Virus record (IMG/VR): IMGVR_UViG_3300050144_000109
Span: 1-64,000 of that record
DNA from: a virus
DNA: 64,000 bases
Reading direction: 5' to 3' (one strand)
In this document: piece by piece, positions 37,723 through 47,837 of the stretch
Layout: each line of letters begins with the position of its first letter
How positions within the stretch are numbered: the first letter of the stretch is position 1
Position numbers and translations under genes: made by a program
The notes under the pieces: generated by a model
Database searches by the model: none
What the model saw: the letters and a program-made list of their open reading frames with translations, nothing else
What the model was told of the DNA's origin: nothing

Positions 37723-37768
37723 ACTACTACTTTACCAATGAGGTTAATCCCCATGGTAAAGTAGTAGT
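37723..37768 (-). terminator. Hairpin
   Basis: ACTACTACTTTACCA / TGGTAAAGTAGTAGT. Confidence 0.7.
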
Positions 37769-37790
37769 CATGTTCTTTAAATCAATTCTC

Positions 37791-38492
37791 TTACACTTGG
37801 TAGTACGTCAGGATGCGCTGCTTACCAGCGTCAGTCAGGCCGTACTGCAGGCTCTTGGTAAAGGAGATGATTTTGCTTGCATCAGACCGGCGATTGACCG
37901 GAGCAGTTTCCTTGAACAGATTCATCAGACGTCGAAATGCTTGCTGGTCCGCAGGCGACATCGTGACGTTCTCAAAGAAGCGGAACAAATACTTGTCATT
38001 GAAGGCACCTTGCACACCAACGTTCTCGTCGATGGTCTTGAGCAGCGCACTGAATACGATAGTGAAGGCGTTGCCAGAGTTCTCGATGATGTTCTTCAAA
38101 CCGCGCAGCAGATCGGCTTGGCGACGAACACCTTCAGCCACACTGATGGTGCGTCCCGGCTTCATGTGTTCGATGTATTCGAACACCTGCATCAGACCCA
38201 CCATGGCGGCAGGGCCATGCGTCGTTTCAATCTTGTTCAGCACATCAGCAAGCGCAGTACTGACATTGATGCTGTAGACCCGCGAGCCTTTTTGCAGAAC
38301 AACTGGTTCTTCGACCACAGGAACTTCTTGAACTTCAACTTCTGTCACAGTCAGTGATTCCGTAGAAGCCTGCTCTTCAACAGCAGCGTCCAGCTTTGTT
38401 TCTTCAATGGCGCTTTGTTCTGCAACAGCGGTAGTGTCGGTCATGGTGCGGGGCTTTCTGATAGAAATGTTGATGCGGTTGGATTTGGACAT
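37791..38492 (-). CDS. Conserved phiKZ-like hypothetical protein
   Basis: Acidic N-terminus; Y...M.PG motif; start uncertain. Confidence 0.7.
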   Translation of the reverse strand: MSKSNRINISIRKPRTMTDTTAVAEQSAIEETKLDAAVEEQASTESLTVTEVEVQEVPVVEEPVVLQKGSRVYSINVSTALADVLNKIETTHGPAAMVGLMQVFEYIEHMKPGRTISVAEGVRRQADLLRGLKNIIENSGNAFTIVFSALLKTIDENVGVQGAFNDKYLFRFFENVTMSPADQQAFRRLMNLFKETAPVNRRSDASKIISFTKSLQYGLTDAGKQRILTYYQV

Positions 38493-38553
38493 GAGATACC
38501 TAGTTTCAAAAAAGAGTGAAGTTACGCTCTAAAGGATGTGGTGTGTGGATCAG

Positions 38554-39849
38554 TTAAAACAAAGTGTCTTCAATTTTAAACTTGACAATGCTGAGTGCTT
38601 TACCGTGGTTGGCACTCATGGAGATCATCATGAAGGTAGAACCATACGCACTAACAGCCGTACTCAAAGCAAAGGGAGTTGCTGCTAACCGGTCACCCAC
38701 ACAAGTCTTGCAGAAGTCTGTCTTGTCCAAGCTACAGTACATGGGGCTGCGCACAGTGACTCGCTGACCAATCTTGGTTTTAGCTTGTTCATCACTTTCA
38801 ATCTTCTCCAAACCCTTACCCAATACCAAACTAAATCCAGTCAAGCGTTTGTAGTTTCCTTCTGTGATGAGCTTTTTCACACCCAAGGTACTGCCGCAAT
38901 CGTCCACAGTGACAGCCATGTTCGCAGAAGCCCGCTGAGCCCACTTCACTTCCACACCACCCAACATGGTCTCTGCACCCCGTGCAAAGGAGCCCATGCG
39001 CAGCGTGTTGTTGATAGCAGGAAATGCATTCACATCCCAGCCTTCTTCCAGAGAATTCTTAATCAGCGTCATCTTGGTGGTGTTGCCATCAGGCCCCACT
39101 TCACCGCCATGCATCAAGAACTTCTTCTTGCGCACAATGTTGACAGACTTCCCACTGAGCAAGAAGTTATTCCCAGGATCCCCTTCTCGCCACTGCTTGT
39201 CAAACTCCACCAGCTTGGCATCCATCTCAGCAATGGCCACAGCATCCCCAAGACGGCCAGCATATTCCTCAAACAACTTGTCTTTGAATTCCTTCAGACC
39301 GTCTGGAGGAAGCATGTTCTTCTCCGTATTGCACCAGACACACATCTGCGTGAACCCAGTCAATGCAAAGCAACTCTCGGCAAACTTCAAATACTCACTG
39401 ACGTAAATCTTCTTGTCACTGCGTTGGCTGTCTTGTTCAGGGTCGTCTTCAAATCGCTTAAGGATTTCCCCTTCAATCTGACTGATCTTGATGGTACCAT
39501 TCATGAAACCAATCTTGACTCCGAATGGCTCTACCAGCAATAAGTAATTGGCAATCACATTACCGTAAGTCGTCTCAACACCTTCTGGAGCATTTGGAAT
39601 ATCACCCGCAACCAAACTGATCTTTTCTTTGAAAGAAAGAATCGGCGCACCGACAACGGCGTCATCGATCTTGATAGATTCTCCAGACTCGTCTTTGAAG
39701 AAATGCCCAGCCGGTGTTGAAGTCACGCAGTACGCATAGACGGTGTCCTTAGGCTCGTCTTTGTTCAAACAAAACGCACTGAGTAGCCAGTCCAGGTACT
39801 TGTAGTTCCCAGCCTTCATGGCCTTGACAAAGAAATCACGCTTGTTCAC
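38554..39849 (-). CDS. Virion RNA polymerase beta' middle subunit (phiKZ gp80-like)
   Basis: Bridge-helix-like GSFARGAET..GG; DDCGS; VRSPMYC..FCKTCVG zinc motif. Confidence 0.85.
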   Translation of the reverse strand: MNKRDFFVKAMKAGNYKYLDWLLSAFCLNKDEPKDTVYAYCVTSTPAGHFFKDESGESIKIDDAVVGAPILSFKEKISLVAGDIPNAPEGVETTYGNVIANYLLLVEPFGVKIGFMNGTIKISQIEGEILKRFEDDPEQDSQRSDKKIYVSEYLKFAESCFALTGFTQMCVWCNTEKNMLPPDGLKEFKDKLFEEYAGRLGDAVAIAEMDAKLVEFDKQWREGDPGNNFLLSGKSVNIVRKKKFLMHGGEVGPDGNTTKMTLIKNSLEEGWDVNAFPAINNTLRMGSFARGAETMLGGVEVKWAQRASANMAVTVDDCGSTLGVKKLITEGNYKRLTGFSLVLGKGLEKIESDEQAKTKIGQRVTVRSPMYCSLDKTDFCKTCVGDRLAATPFALSTAVSAYGSTFMMISMSANHGKALSIVKFKIEDTLF

Positions 39850-40691
39850 TTGACGTACTCCATCAGCAGCTTACCAATCTCAATGTCTACCTTGGTCGAA
39901 CTCCCAATGTCAGGATAAATCCCAGAGAGCTCCCCGCGGATAATGACCAAGTGGTTATTGAAGCCGTCACAAGACAGACACGCCATGCCAAACAAATCCA
40001 CCGCCACTTGACGATATGTTTCAGGCGTATGTTCTTTCAAATGAACGCCACTCTTGGAATAGATATTCAAGTAGCTCTTGAAATCCAAACCAATTGTAGA
40101 ATTCTGAGATAAAAACCTGTCTGAATAAAGCGACTCCTCTTTCATAATCGCTTTGAATTTCTTATAACTGATGACAATTTTATCCAAGAGCTCAGACGCT
40201 TCCAGGTTGACTTCCGGCTCCTGCATGGCATCCTTCATCATGGCAGTGAAATTAGGAGTGATTGCATCCACCAGATCTAAGACCTTTTCAATTGGAAACC
40301 CACTCACGAAGTTCACCAGTTCTGCATAGATTTCTTCTACTGATTCATCGGTTTCTAAGAACCTATTGATCGTTTGCTTGTCCTCATGTTTGACCATGTC
40401 TGAAGTCGCTGTCGTCAGCGCAATCAAGTCAGAAATCTCAGCTTGTTCGCCTACTACAATACCCTGCACATTCAGCAGCATGCTCAGCATTGTTTTTGTA
40501 TCATCCAACAATAGAAATACCAAGTCGTTTGGATTTGTTTCTTGATTGGTGTCCATGGTTCTGGCATACACATCCATGTATCCCGGAACGTTGTAAAGAT
40601 CAAACACCAAGACGGCATTTTGAACTAGTTCAGCAGTCTCATCACTGCGGGTCAAGCATAAGAAATTCTTCAACTCAGCAAAGCTCAGCAT
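39846..40691 (-). CDS. Conserved hypothetical / virion protein
   Basis: Coupled to the vRNAP gene. Confidence 0.75.
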   Translation of the reverse strand: MLSFAELKNFLCLTRSDETAELVQNAVLVFDLYNVPGYMDVYARTMDTNQETNPNDLVFLLLDDTKTMLSMLLNVQGIVVGEQAEISDLIALTTATSDMVKHEDKQTINRFLETDESVEEIYAELVNFVSGFPIEKVLDLVDAITPNFTAMMKDAMQEPEVNLEASELLDKIVISYKKFKAIMKEESLYSDRFLSQNSTIGLDFKSYLNIYSKSGVHLKEHTPETYRQVAVDLFGMACLSCDGFNNHLVIIRGELSGIYPDIGSSTKVDIEIGKLLMEYVK

Positions 40692-40870
40692 ATTGCCACC
40701 TATTCTTTCAAGAAGTAAATTTTAATTGCTTGGACAATCATGTGTGCATTTCAGCGCGTAGTAAATACTTTCAACTACACGCTGCTTCGCTTATGATGCA
40801 ATCAAAAGATGAATTGTGTTAAATCCCATCTTTCCAACCATTGATCCATTTCCTAGGAGAATATTTCACT

Positions 40871-41392
40871 ATGTCTACCAAGATGCACCAGCGTGTCAAA
40901 GACCGTCAAAATGCCAAGACCAGTGCAGGACGAAACAATCTGTGGGACAGTGCAGAGAGCCATTATGTCAATTCAATCTTTGCGATTGATCAAGCGCAAG
41001 GGTTGGTTGCTCAAGTCCTAGAAGACATTGTTTCAGATCCTGAAAAGTTCAAGCTCATCAAGGACCCGGTCACCCTGAACGAAAATGTGATTCTGTTGAA
41101 CAAGGACATTCAACAGCATGCCGACTTGTTGGCCAACATCCATCAAAAACACGATGGCAAGACTGGTCCCGCTATCACGCAAGATGATTACATGTCTGTT
41201 CTTCAAGTCAACTGCGACTACGCAGAAGCCCTGGAAGTCTTTGATGCCAACATCAGGCCAACAGTGAATCACATTCTGGAGCTCATTGGTGTCTCAGAAG
41301 AGATTGTCAAGGTGAACACACCGCAAGCACTGGCTGAACAAGAACTCATCGACCCGACCGTTGTGTCTGACATCTCTTTCAAAGAAGCTTGA
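40871..41392 (+). CDS. Conserved hypothetical protein
   Basis: AGGAG RBS; start MSTK. Confidence 0.75.
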   Translation: MSTKMHQRVKDRQNAKTSAGRNNLWDSAESHYVNSIFAIDQAQGLVAQVLEDIVSDPEKFKLIKDPVTLNENVILLNKDIQQHADLLANIHQKHDGKTGPAITQDDYMSVLQVNCDYAEALEVFDANIRPTVNHILELIGVSEEIVKVNTPQALAEQELIDPTVVSDISFKEA

Positions 41393-41398
41393 ACTACC

Positions 41399-43045
41399 AT
41401 GCCGAAAATTACTCCTCCTTCGATTGATTTCGACTCCCTTCCCCAAGAGCTCAAGCAAACACTCATCGATATTTCAAATCGTGACAACTCGGCAGAAAGT
41501 GTCAACGCTCAAGTTGCTATTCCAGTAGCTCAAGAGCCTGAAGAGTTTGTGCTGGATGAGCTGCCTGAGCCTGCTAAGAAAGTCGAACAGGAAGTGTCTG
41601 TGCAGCCAGAGGCCCCAGCTGAAGTGGTAATTGAAGAGCCTGCAAAGCCAAAGCTCAACAACTATGTGGTTAAGTATGCATACTCAATCCCACTCAAGAA
41701 TGAGTTCCAGTACACCGATGTAGAAACTGCATTCATGCCTGCCATGACAGCAGCAGAGACCAAAGCCAAGATCGATGGTCTAGTTGAAGACGAGATCACC
41801 ACCGACAAGGCAGGTGCTGAATGGGCAGGTGTCGTCAATGCAGGCATCGAGTTCAATACGTATTCGGAAGGGCTGGTCAAAACGGTCATGGACCCGAATG
41901 CCAAGTTTGTCCAGAGCGTTACTTCGAGCATGGGTGAGTTGACGGCTGGTGCAGTCAAGCAGCGTGTGAAGGAAGGCGTCAAGCTCACTGGCGAGAAAGC
42001 ACGGATTCATATTCGTGACCGCTTGAAGCTGGGTGCCATCATCAACATTCCGCTTTGGCATTCTGGCTTCTGGATTCGCATCAAGGCCCCTGCAGACGGT
42101 GAACTTCTGGAACTCTACCGGGAAATCACTGCAGAGAAAGTCACGCTGGGTCGAGCCACCTATGGCCTGCTGTTCTCGAACAACACGTCCTACTCCTCGC
42201 GTGCACTTCTGGACTTCTGCTTGCAAAACAAGTATGATGCTTCCATCAATCTGCCAGAAGACCAAGATCTTCGTGACCACATCTCAACACTGGATCTCCC
42301 CATTCTTTTCTGGGGACTGGCATGCTCCATCTGGCCGAATGGTTTCCAGTACATGCGCTCGTGCATTTCAGATCCTGAGAAGTGCCAGCATGTGATCAAG
42401 GAGACGCTGAACCTATCCAAGCTTCTGTGGGTCAACAAGGAACAGCTGACCTCCAAGCAGATCATGCACATGACCAAGCGTGACCGCGGCAGCATGTCGA
42501 TGGAATCTGTCAAGAACTATCTGGACGAGTTTGCCAAGGGTCGTCCGTCTATTTCAAAGCTCTCAGAAGACGTGACTGTCACGCTGAAGGTCCCGAGTGC
42601 ACGGGAACACATCGAAGCAGGCTACCGTTGGATTTCTTCTATTGAGGAAAACTACGGCAAGGCGCTGACGTTGGATGAGAAGCGTCGAGACAACTACCTC
42701 ATCACCCAAGGCAAAGCCAGTGTCATGCGTCAGTACGCACACTTTGTCAATCAAGTCGATGTGGATGGCTCTCCCATTGATGACCAGGAAACCATTGAAG
42801 GGGTGTTGACTGACCTGACGTCTTCAGATGAGGTGCGCAATAAGTTCCTCGAAGCAGCAGCCAAGTACATTGACGACTCCTGCATTGCTCTGATTGCTAT
42901 CCCTACCTTTGACTGCCCAAGTTGCGGTGGGGAACAAAAGCCTATCAAGTCAGCACACCGGCACCCTGAGCTGATCCCGATTGATGTCAGCAACGTTTTT
43001 TTCTCCCTGGCCGTGCAGAGAATCAGGAAGATCGAAGCACGGTAA
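41399..43045 (+). CDS. Putative tail/baseplate assembly chaperone (phiKZ gp77-like), G-like product
   Basis: IPLWHSGFW; C-terminal CPSCG; slippery site near the 3' end. Confidence 0.7.
   Translation: MPKITPPSIDFDSLPQELKQTLIDISNRDNSAESVNAQVAIPVAQEPEEFVLDELPEPAKKVEQEVSVQPEAPAEVVIEEPAKPKLNNYVVKYAYSIPLKNEFQYTDVETAFMPAMTAAETKAKIDGLVEDEITTDKAGAEWAGVVNAGIEFNTYSEGLVKTVMDPNAKFVQSVTSSMGELTAGAVKQRVKEGVKLTGEKARIHIRDRLKLGAIINIPLWHSGFWIRIKAPADGELLELYREITAEKVTLGRATYGLLFSNNTSYSSRALLDFCLQNKYDASINLPEDQDLRDHISTLDLPILFWGLACSIWPNGFQYMRSCISDPEKCQHVIKETLNLSKLLWVNKEQLTSKQIMHMTKRDRGSMSMESVKNYLDEFAKGRPSISKLSEDVTVTLKVPSAREHIEAGYRWISSIEENYGKALTLDEKRRDNYLITQGKASVMRQYAHFVNQVDVDGSPIDDQETIEGVLTDLTSSDEVRNKFLEAAAKYIDDSCIALIAIPTFDCPSCGGEQKPIKSAHRHPELIPIDVSNVFFSLAVQRIRKIEAR
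42997..43043 (+). other. Predicted programmed -1 ribosomal frameshift signal
   Basis: T TTT TTC (42997-43003) in frame, 6-nt spacer, stem GCCGTGC(43010-16)/GCACGGT(43037-43); -1 frame open to 43500. Confidence 0.75.
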
Positions 43046-43500
43046 TCCATGTTGCTGACCTTGATTTTGCAGTAGAAATTCCAGATGACTCGATTCTGGT
43101 CAGGGTGCTGAGGAACTCAACCAAGACAAACCCAACTGCATCCAAGATGATTCTTCAGCAAGCGTATGAGAATACGTTTGGGATACATGACTACGTCCGA
43201 CAAACGTACAATGAGGCAGCGATCACAGATCCAGGACTGAAAAGACCCCTGTCTTCTGTGGCGTTGCATCCAGCTGAGGATGTTTCTGCAGGATCTAGAA
43301 TCAGAGAACTCATCAAAGTCTTTGCAAAGCTCAAAGTCTACCAGCAGTACGGATTGTCTTTTACTGAATTGCTGGAACTTCCTTTAGAGTACGTGGATGA
43401 CATTCTCAAAGAGTGTTCCAAGCTTTACAAGGAAGAAGAGAAACGTGCACAAGTACTCTCTGAGACTTTGAATCAAGCCACTCAGCAAAAACAAGCGTGA
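43000..43500 (+). CDS. Frameshift extension (GT-like C-terminal domain)
   Basis: Frame open from 42985 with no ATG/GTG/TTG until 43105; YGLSFTELLELP resembles tail-chaperone T/E' domains. Confidence 0.7.
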   Translation, partial: FLPGRAENQEDRSTVIHVADLDFAVEIPDDSILVRVLRNSTKTNPTASKMILQQAYENTFGIHDYVRQTYNEAAITDPGLKRPLSSVALHPAEDVSAGSRIRELIKVFAKLKVYQQYGLSFTELLELPLEYVDDILKECSKLYKEEEKRAQVLSETLNQATQQKQA

Positions 43501-43504
43501 ATAT

Positions 43505-43550
43505 TAAGAGCTCTACTTCACCCGTCAAAAGGTGAAGTAGAGCTCTTATG
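43505..43550. terminator. 18-bp hairpin plus TTATG
   Basis: TAAGAGCTCTACTTCACC / GGTGAAGTAGAGCTCTTA. Confidence 0.8.
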
Positions 43551-43560
43551 CTGCTAGAGT

Positions 43561-44499
43561 TTAAAAGTCACGAACAATCAAGTTGTCTTCATACCAATCC
43601 CGGTTCAAGGTGTTTCCAGCACCACTGGTCAAGCGGTACCAACCCTTGACAATGTACTTTACACCAGTCATGGCTGCAGGAGCACCCATCCAGTACTGAA
43701 TAGAAGGCAGCGTGTTGTGTACATAATCTCCAGCTCTCCAAACGCCAGCCGTGGGCATGCCACCACTCTTGTATTTCTTCAGATTGGTATCAATGAATGT
43801 AGCCAATGCATTGTCAACATACAGCTTGACAGCCCTGGGAGTCATGTAGCGACTAGGTGAGACTCCTTGTACGCTTTCTTGGTCTGTTGCAGTCTTGAAG
43901 TTGTCTAGATTACCGACACCAGCTTGCTCTTTGTTGGTGTAAAGACCATAGACTTTTGCAGGCGCTGCAGTAGAGTTTGCAATAGCAGTTGCAATCTCAT
44001 CCAGAGAACTTACCACATCAGACATGCCCACCATGTCCACCAGATCCCACGCATGGTCAATTGGTGGGAACAGCTTAGGTACATTGAATACTTGCTCCCA
44101 AGAAGCAGTTCTTGGATTCCTGAGGGTGTCTGAGAGGACAGTGTTGATGGCAGAGGTGTCTACAGTCCATTCTCCACCCAGCGTCTGGTAACGCAATGTC
44201 ACGGTACCAGTCAGAGTCAAATCCATCCAGCAAATGCCACCATAGATAGGCTTGCCGCATGCTCTCGTCGCGCCAATGAATTCAAAACCCAAGTAGTAAT
44301 CGATTCCTTCTACCAGTGTTCTGATTTGGTTGTTGGTACCTCTGAAAGAAATGGACAAGGTATTCCCAAAGAAAGGAGAAGCTTTGGGAACAATGAAGTA
44401 ATAGTTCTGGTTGTTAGAGCCAGTGAGCACCTGCTGCTCACCAGTGACCAAGTTAGCGCCTAAAAGACCAGTAGGGTCCAGTGCATAAGTCGTTGCCAT
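43561..44499 (-). CDS. Virion structural protein (baseplate/fibre-associated)
   Basis: YALDPTG...N...E; PFF; fibre-like K.Q.GVGNLDN..TAT..E...G.S..RYMTP repeat. Confidence 0.7.
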   Translation of the reverse strand: MATTYALDPTGLLGANLVTGEQQVLTGSNNQNYYFIVPKASPFFGNTLSISFRGTNNQIRTLVEGIDYYLGFEFIGATRACGKPIYGGICWMDLTLTGTVTLRYQTLGGEWTVDTSAINTVLSDTLRNPRTASWEQVFNVPKLFPPIDHAWDLVDMVGMSDVVSSLDEIATAIANSTAAPAKVYGLYTNKEQAGVGNLDNFKTATDQESVQGVSPSRYMTPRAVKLYVDNALATFIDTNLKKYKSGGMPTAGVWRAGDYVHNTLPSIQYWMGAPAAMTGVKYIVKGWYRLTSGAGNTLNRDWYEDNLIVRDF

Positions 44500-44605
44500 A
44501 ACGGAATAGTCCTGTAAAGAAGAAGGGGGTGAAATCCTGTGAGCTCAGGCTAGGAAACACACCTGGCCTGATTAACATTCAAATCATTCTTGAGGCTTCC
44601 CCTAT

Positions 44606-45874
44606 ATGTATTCCGCAGTTGGCGCTATTGGTGTAAAGAAAGGTCTCAACAAACGTTGGGAGCAGATTCGTTTAACAGACTACAAAGTCTCAGAACTTTT
44701 TGATCAGTTCAGAAAAGTCATCCTCACATTGACCCTCAACCAGAGCACAGACAGACTCTATTGTGACCTTCAACAACTAGCTCCCAGATACGCTAGCTAC
44801 AGTCTTAGAGTCTCTGACATGCTGATTGAGTTAGGTTCTGAGTCACTCACATTGCTTGTCAATCCTCCAGTGATCTCTACCAGAACAGCCAAATTCAGAG
44901 ACGCGCATGCCAGCAGGTACACGGTTACGCCAGTGTCTCCTTTGTATGGAATCAATGCAGCAATAGAAAATAGAACAGCCGTGATGCTCACCAGAGAGAA
45001 TCCTGTTACAGATTACCGATACTTCAAAAAGCGATGCATGGTGTCGATCAATGGCTTTTACCACATGATCGACACAGACAACAAGTCTGGTGTTTTAGTC
45101 TATGACGCCATGACCTCTTTGAGAATCTCTAAGCAGAATCAAATTGGTCTGTATAGTTTCTCAGACGTGTGTGACATCGAGTACGTACCCATCGCGCCCA
45201 GTATGGTACATAAGCGCTTGACACCAGACATGGTAGCTGGTCTTAGAGCACCAGAGCCGTATGCTTCTAGTGGTTTCATCAAGCTCAACAAAGACCTTAC
45301 CAACAAAACAGTACTCCTTGTCTTAGGTGGATACTTGCATGTTCCAGAATCTCTACTTTATTCCCAAGTGGGTACTGATGAGTTTAAAATTGATTTCCTT
45401 AATTATCCACTATTTGATCGCATTTATGAAAGCATGAACTATATTGATTTGAGTTCACTAGGACTCACCAATGACATCAGAAACAAAACACAGTTCTCAA
45501 CTCAGCAATTACTCTCAGATGAGGTACTGCTGAAATACATGACGCTGAGCCAGTCTTTCTTTGTCATCTTAGATACGCCAGAAGTCTTTGTTAACCGACA
45601 GTACATCAAGAAGACTGGCATGCCGGGCATGTTCATTTCTTATAATCCACCAATGTATCCAATCGTGGTTGGTAATGGGAGAATGCCTGAGTACTGGTCA
45701 ACGCATGAAGACGGGCAATACTCTTTGACTGTGTATGACAATACAGTACGTCAGAAGACCTATAATCAAGCCAACGCAAAAGCTTTGAATTCTATTTCAG
45801 GATCAGATTTAAGTGTAGACCCTGAATTGATGAGCGGTGCTTATTTCTTAGAACTGGGATGCGATCTAAAATAA
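44606..45874 (+). CDS. Virion structural protein
   Basis: SINGFYH, LVLGGYLH motifs; phiKZ-like. Confidence 0.7.
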   Translation: MYSAVGAIGVKKGLNKRWEQIRLTDYKVSELFDQFRKVILTLTLNQSTDRLYCDLQQLAPRYASYSLRVSDMLIELGSESLTLLVNPPVISTRTAKFRDAHASRYTVTPVSPLYGINAAIENRTAVMLTRENPVTDYRYFKKRCMVSINGFYHMIDTDNKSGVLVYDAMTSLRISKQNQIGLYSFSDVCDIEYVPIAPSMVHKRLTPDMVAGLRAPEPYASSGFIKLNKDLTNKTVLLVLGGYLHVPESLLYSQVGTDEFKIDFLNYPLFDRIYESMNYIDLSSLGLTNDIRNKTQFSTQQLLSDEVLLKYMTLSQSFFVILDTPEVFVNRQYIKKTGMPGMFISYNPPMYPIVVGNGRMPEYWSTHEDGQYSLTVYDNTVRQKTYNQANAKALNSISGSDLSVDPELMSGAYFLELGCDLK

Positions 45875-45889
45875 AAAAAGAAACGTCAT

Positions 45890-45917
45890 AGGAGCAGGGG
45901 AGAAATCCCCTGCTCCT
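45890..45917. terminator. Bidirectional hairpin
   Basis: AGGAGCAGGGGA-GAAA-TCCCCTGCTCCT. Confidence 0.75.
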
Positions 45918-45929
45918 TCTGATGTCTAA

Positions 45930-46085
45930 TCAGCAATCTTCAAACACAAGCCCATTGCGTTCTGCAAGGTCGTTGCTGTACTTGTCGAAATCAATGATCT
46001 TATCGTCTTTATCAAACAACACCCATTCCCCATTGAGCGCGACATTGGCTCCATCTTTTTGTATGGTAACCCACACTCACATCAT
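45930..46085 (-). pseudogene. Small gene with in-frame TGA at codon 3
   Basis: GGAG RBS, ATG ATG TGA then 48 open codons (VWVTIQKDG...LVFEDC). Confidence 0.5.
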
Positions 46086-46436
46086 GACTTCTCCAGAGTC
46101 ACAGCGATAATACTCATGTGGGATGGGTGCACCACCGTGTAGCCCAGTGCCCGATATTCAACTTGACCACCTCGAACACCTGAGCTGCAGATCCCCAAGC
46201 GATCAGGATGTTCTTGAGTCTCGTCCCGAAGAAAGAATCCCAGACAGGATGCTCTGCCACCATTGGATCCAGCAGCTGCTTGATCACGAATCGATCGTAA
46301 CTGATCGGGGTCAGGTCCAGTGCTACTTGAATCTTCTTCTTTCGAGAAGAGCTTTACTCAGCTCTTCGAGAGACCCGTTCCTTTCAATCGCAATGATTGA
46401 TTCGTTGATATCTTTGAGTTTTTGATCCAGCGACAT
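46082..46436 (-). pseudogene. Early gene broken by two apparent 1-nt deletions
   Basis: Promoter, leader and AAGGAA RBS intact; TAG after 37 codons; two inserted bases restore a 118-aa ORF coupled to the next ATG. Confidence 0.55.
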
Positions 46437-46499
46437 GACGATTTCCTTCTTCAGATTTAACTTGGGCGAGAGTGTCTAATTGGTTGCACTCTCACAGTA

Positions 46500-46526
46500 G
46501 TAATATATAACTATAAATATTTGCAA
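46500..46526 (-). promoter_or_regulatory. Early promoter
   Basis: Exact TATATTAC (46500-46507) with upstream TGCAAATATTTATAG, as at 31045-31070. Confidence 0.7.
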
Positions 46527-46793
46527 TTAAACTCTGAACATTGCTGAGCCAGAGCCAATAATGGTCGCTCCACAAGCAGCCTTGCAGCCAGTTCGAATCA
46601 AACGCCTCCCTAAGTTTGAAGCAGTCCCTTCCCCAGACACAGGGGTGACACCGTGTCCTTTGATTGGACACGCATGCATGGCACCCTCTATGGCCAAGCG
46701 GCCACCCCCAGTACGCACCGAAGACGGTGTAGAAATGATTGTTCCACCATGGTCAGAACGATCCCCTAAAACAGCCAAACGTTTGTCCATCAC
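46527..46793 (-). CDS. PAAR-repeat spike tip protein
   Basis: LGDRSDHGG, HACP..GHG, R.G...ACGA.I. Confidence 0.9.
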   Translation of the reverse strand: MMDKRLAVLGDRSDHGGTIISTPSSVRTGGGRLAIEGAMHACPIKGHGVTPVSGEGTASNLGRRLIRTGCKAACGATIIGSGSAMFRV

Positions 46794-46806
46794 TTTCTCC
46801 CAAGAA

Positions 46807-47751
46807 TCAAGAAATCACAGTCGCAGGAGAAGTCACAATGGCACTCGCACCACCTGCCATCAATACAGTCTCACCCACCATGCTGGCGTTGGATCCAGAC
46901 AACTGAAGGTTACTTGAACCAATCACGTTTGTGTTTGGCGAGGACATCTGCGCACTATCACTAGCTGCAATGTTGGAAGACATGGTAGTGACCGCAAAGG
47001 TATTCGTGGCTTTGATATTGCATGTGTTGCTAGCTTCTACGAGGAAATCTTTGGTTACAAACTTGGTCGTGTTCGGTATCGTCACGGTCAAGTTGTCTTG
47101 ACGCATGTCGTAGTGCGAGCCGTCAACATTGTATAACTCAATGCGCCTGTCCATAGAGTCCAGATGTATATAGTTACCAGTATCATCCGTGATCAGCAAC
47201 TTTCCATTCTTTGTATCGAGCTGAATGTCGTACCCGAACGGCTCACCGTCTGCTTTGCATGTGTGCAGTGTAATGTGTTTCTTGTGCGTGCTGACTTCAA
47301 GAAAATACTGCGTGTTTCCGTTGACAGGCTCATCCTCAGTACGTGATGCACTGAACGCATAGATCACAGTCTCTAAGCGCCTGAGTGACTGGCCGTCCAG
47401 CATCTCAGTCCAATAATACTTGTCAGCGTCTGCATACTGAAAGATCATGACCTTCTCGCCACGCCGAACATCTGGTGCAGTGATCCGGTTAGAAGCGCCA
47501 AATTGCAGCCACGTTGCCTGAATAGCCAGTGATGAGTTAGCAGAGGCTGTATAGGCTGCTCCAGAAGCATCAGTGCCTGTAACCGTATTGGTCTCTGGTG
47601 TTGCAGTGACCTCACCATCAATGAACGGAGTCTCCTCCGTAGGGGTCACTTGAATGAGCTTACTACCCAGAGTCTTGTTTTGAGCGACAATCCCCAACGA
47701 ATAGAAACGCAATTTACTCCAGGTGAGATCCGCATTGTCAGAAAGCAACAT
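46807..47751 (-). CDS. Baseplate central spike (phiKZ gp164-like)
   Basis: NRITAPDVRRGE OB-fold region; beta-helix-like C-terminus; adjacent to PAAR. Confidence 0.8.
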   Translation of the reverse strand: MLLSDNADLTWSKLRFYSLGIVAQNKTLGSKLIQVTPTEETPFIDGEVTATPETNTVTGTDASGAAYTASANSSLAIQATWLQFGASNRITAPDVRRGEKVMIFQYADADKYYWTEMLDGQSLRRLETVIYAFSASRTEDEPVNGNTQYFLEVSTHKKHITLHTCKADGEPFGYDIQLDTKNGKLLITDDTGNYIHLDSMDRRIELYNVDGSHYDMRQDNLTVTIPNTTKFVTKDFLVEASNTCNIKATNTFAVTTMSSNIAASDSAQMSSPNTNVIGSSNLQLSGSNASMVGETVLMAGGASAIVTSPATVIS

Positions 47752-47837
47752 GATTTCAATTCCTTTTATCGAAAGATTTATAAGACCAACACATCACTTG
47801 AAACAGTCTCTAACTGCAACAAATAAGAAGGTACAAC

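Noticed and set aside
43105-43107. GTG start of an independent 131-aa gene
   Set aside because: Weak RBS and a protein-like open frame extending 40 codons upstream through a slippery site; independent initiation is not fully excluded
46077-46325. Stop-codon reassignment (TGA/TAG readthrough)
   Set aside because: All three stop codons terminate intact conserved genes elsewhere in the window
46527-47751. Bacterial type VI secretion locus
   Set aside because: No other T6SS genes; the context is a phage tail spike
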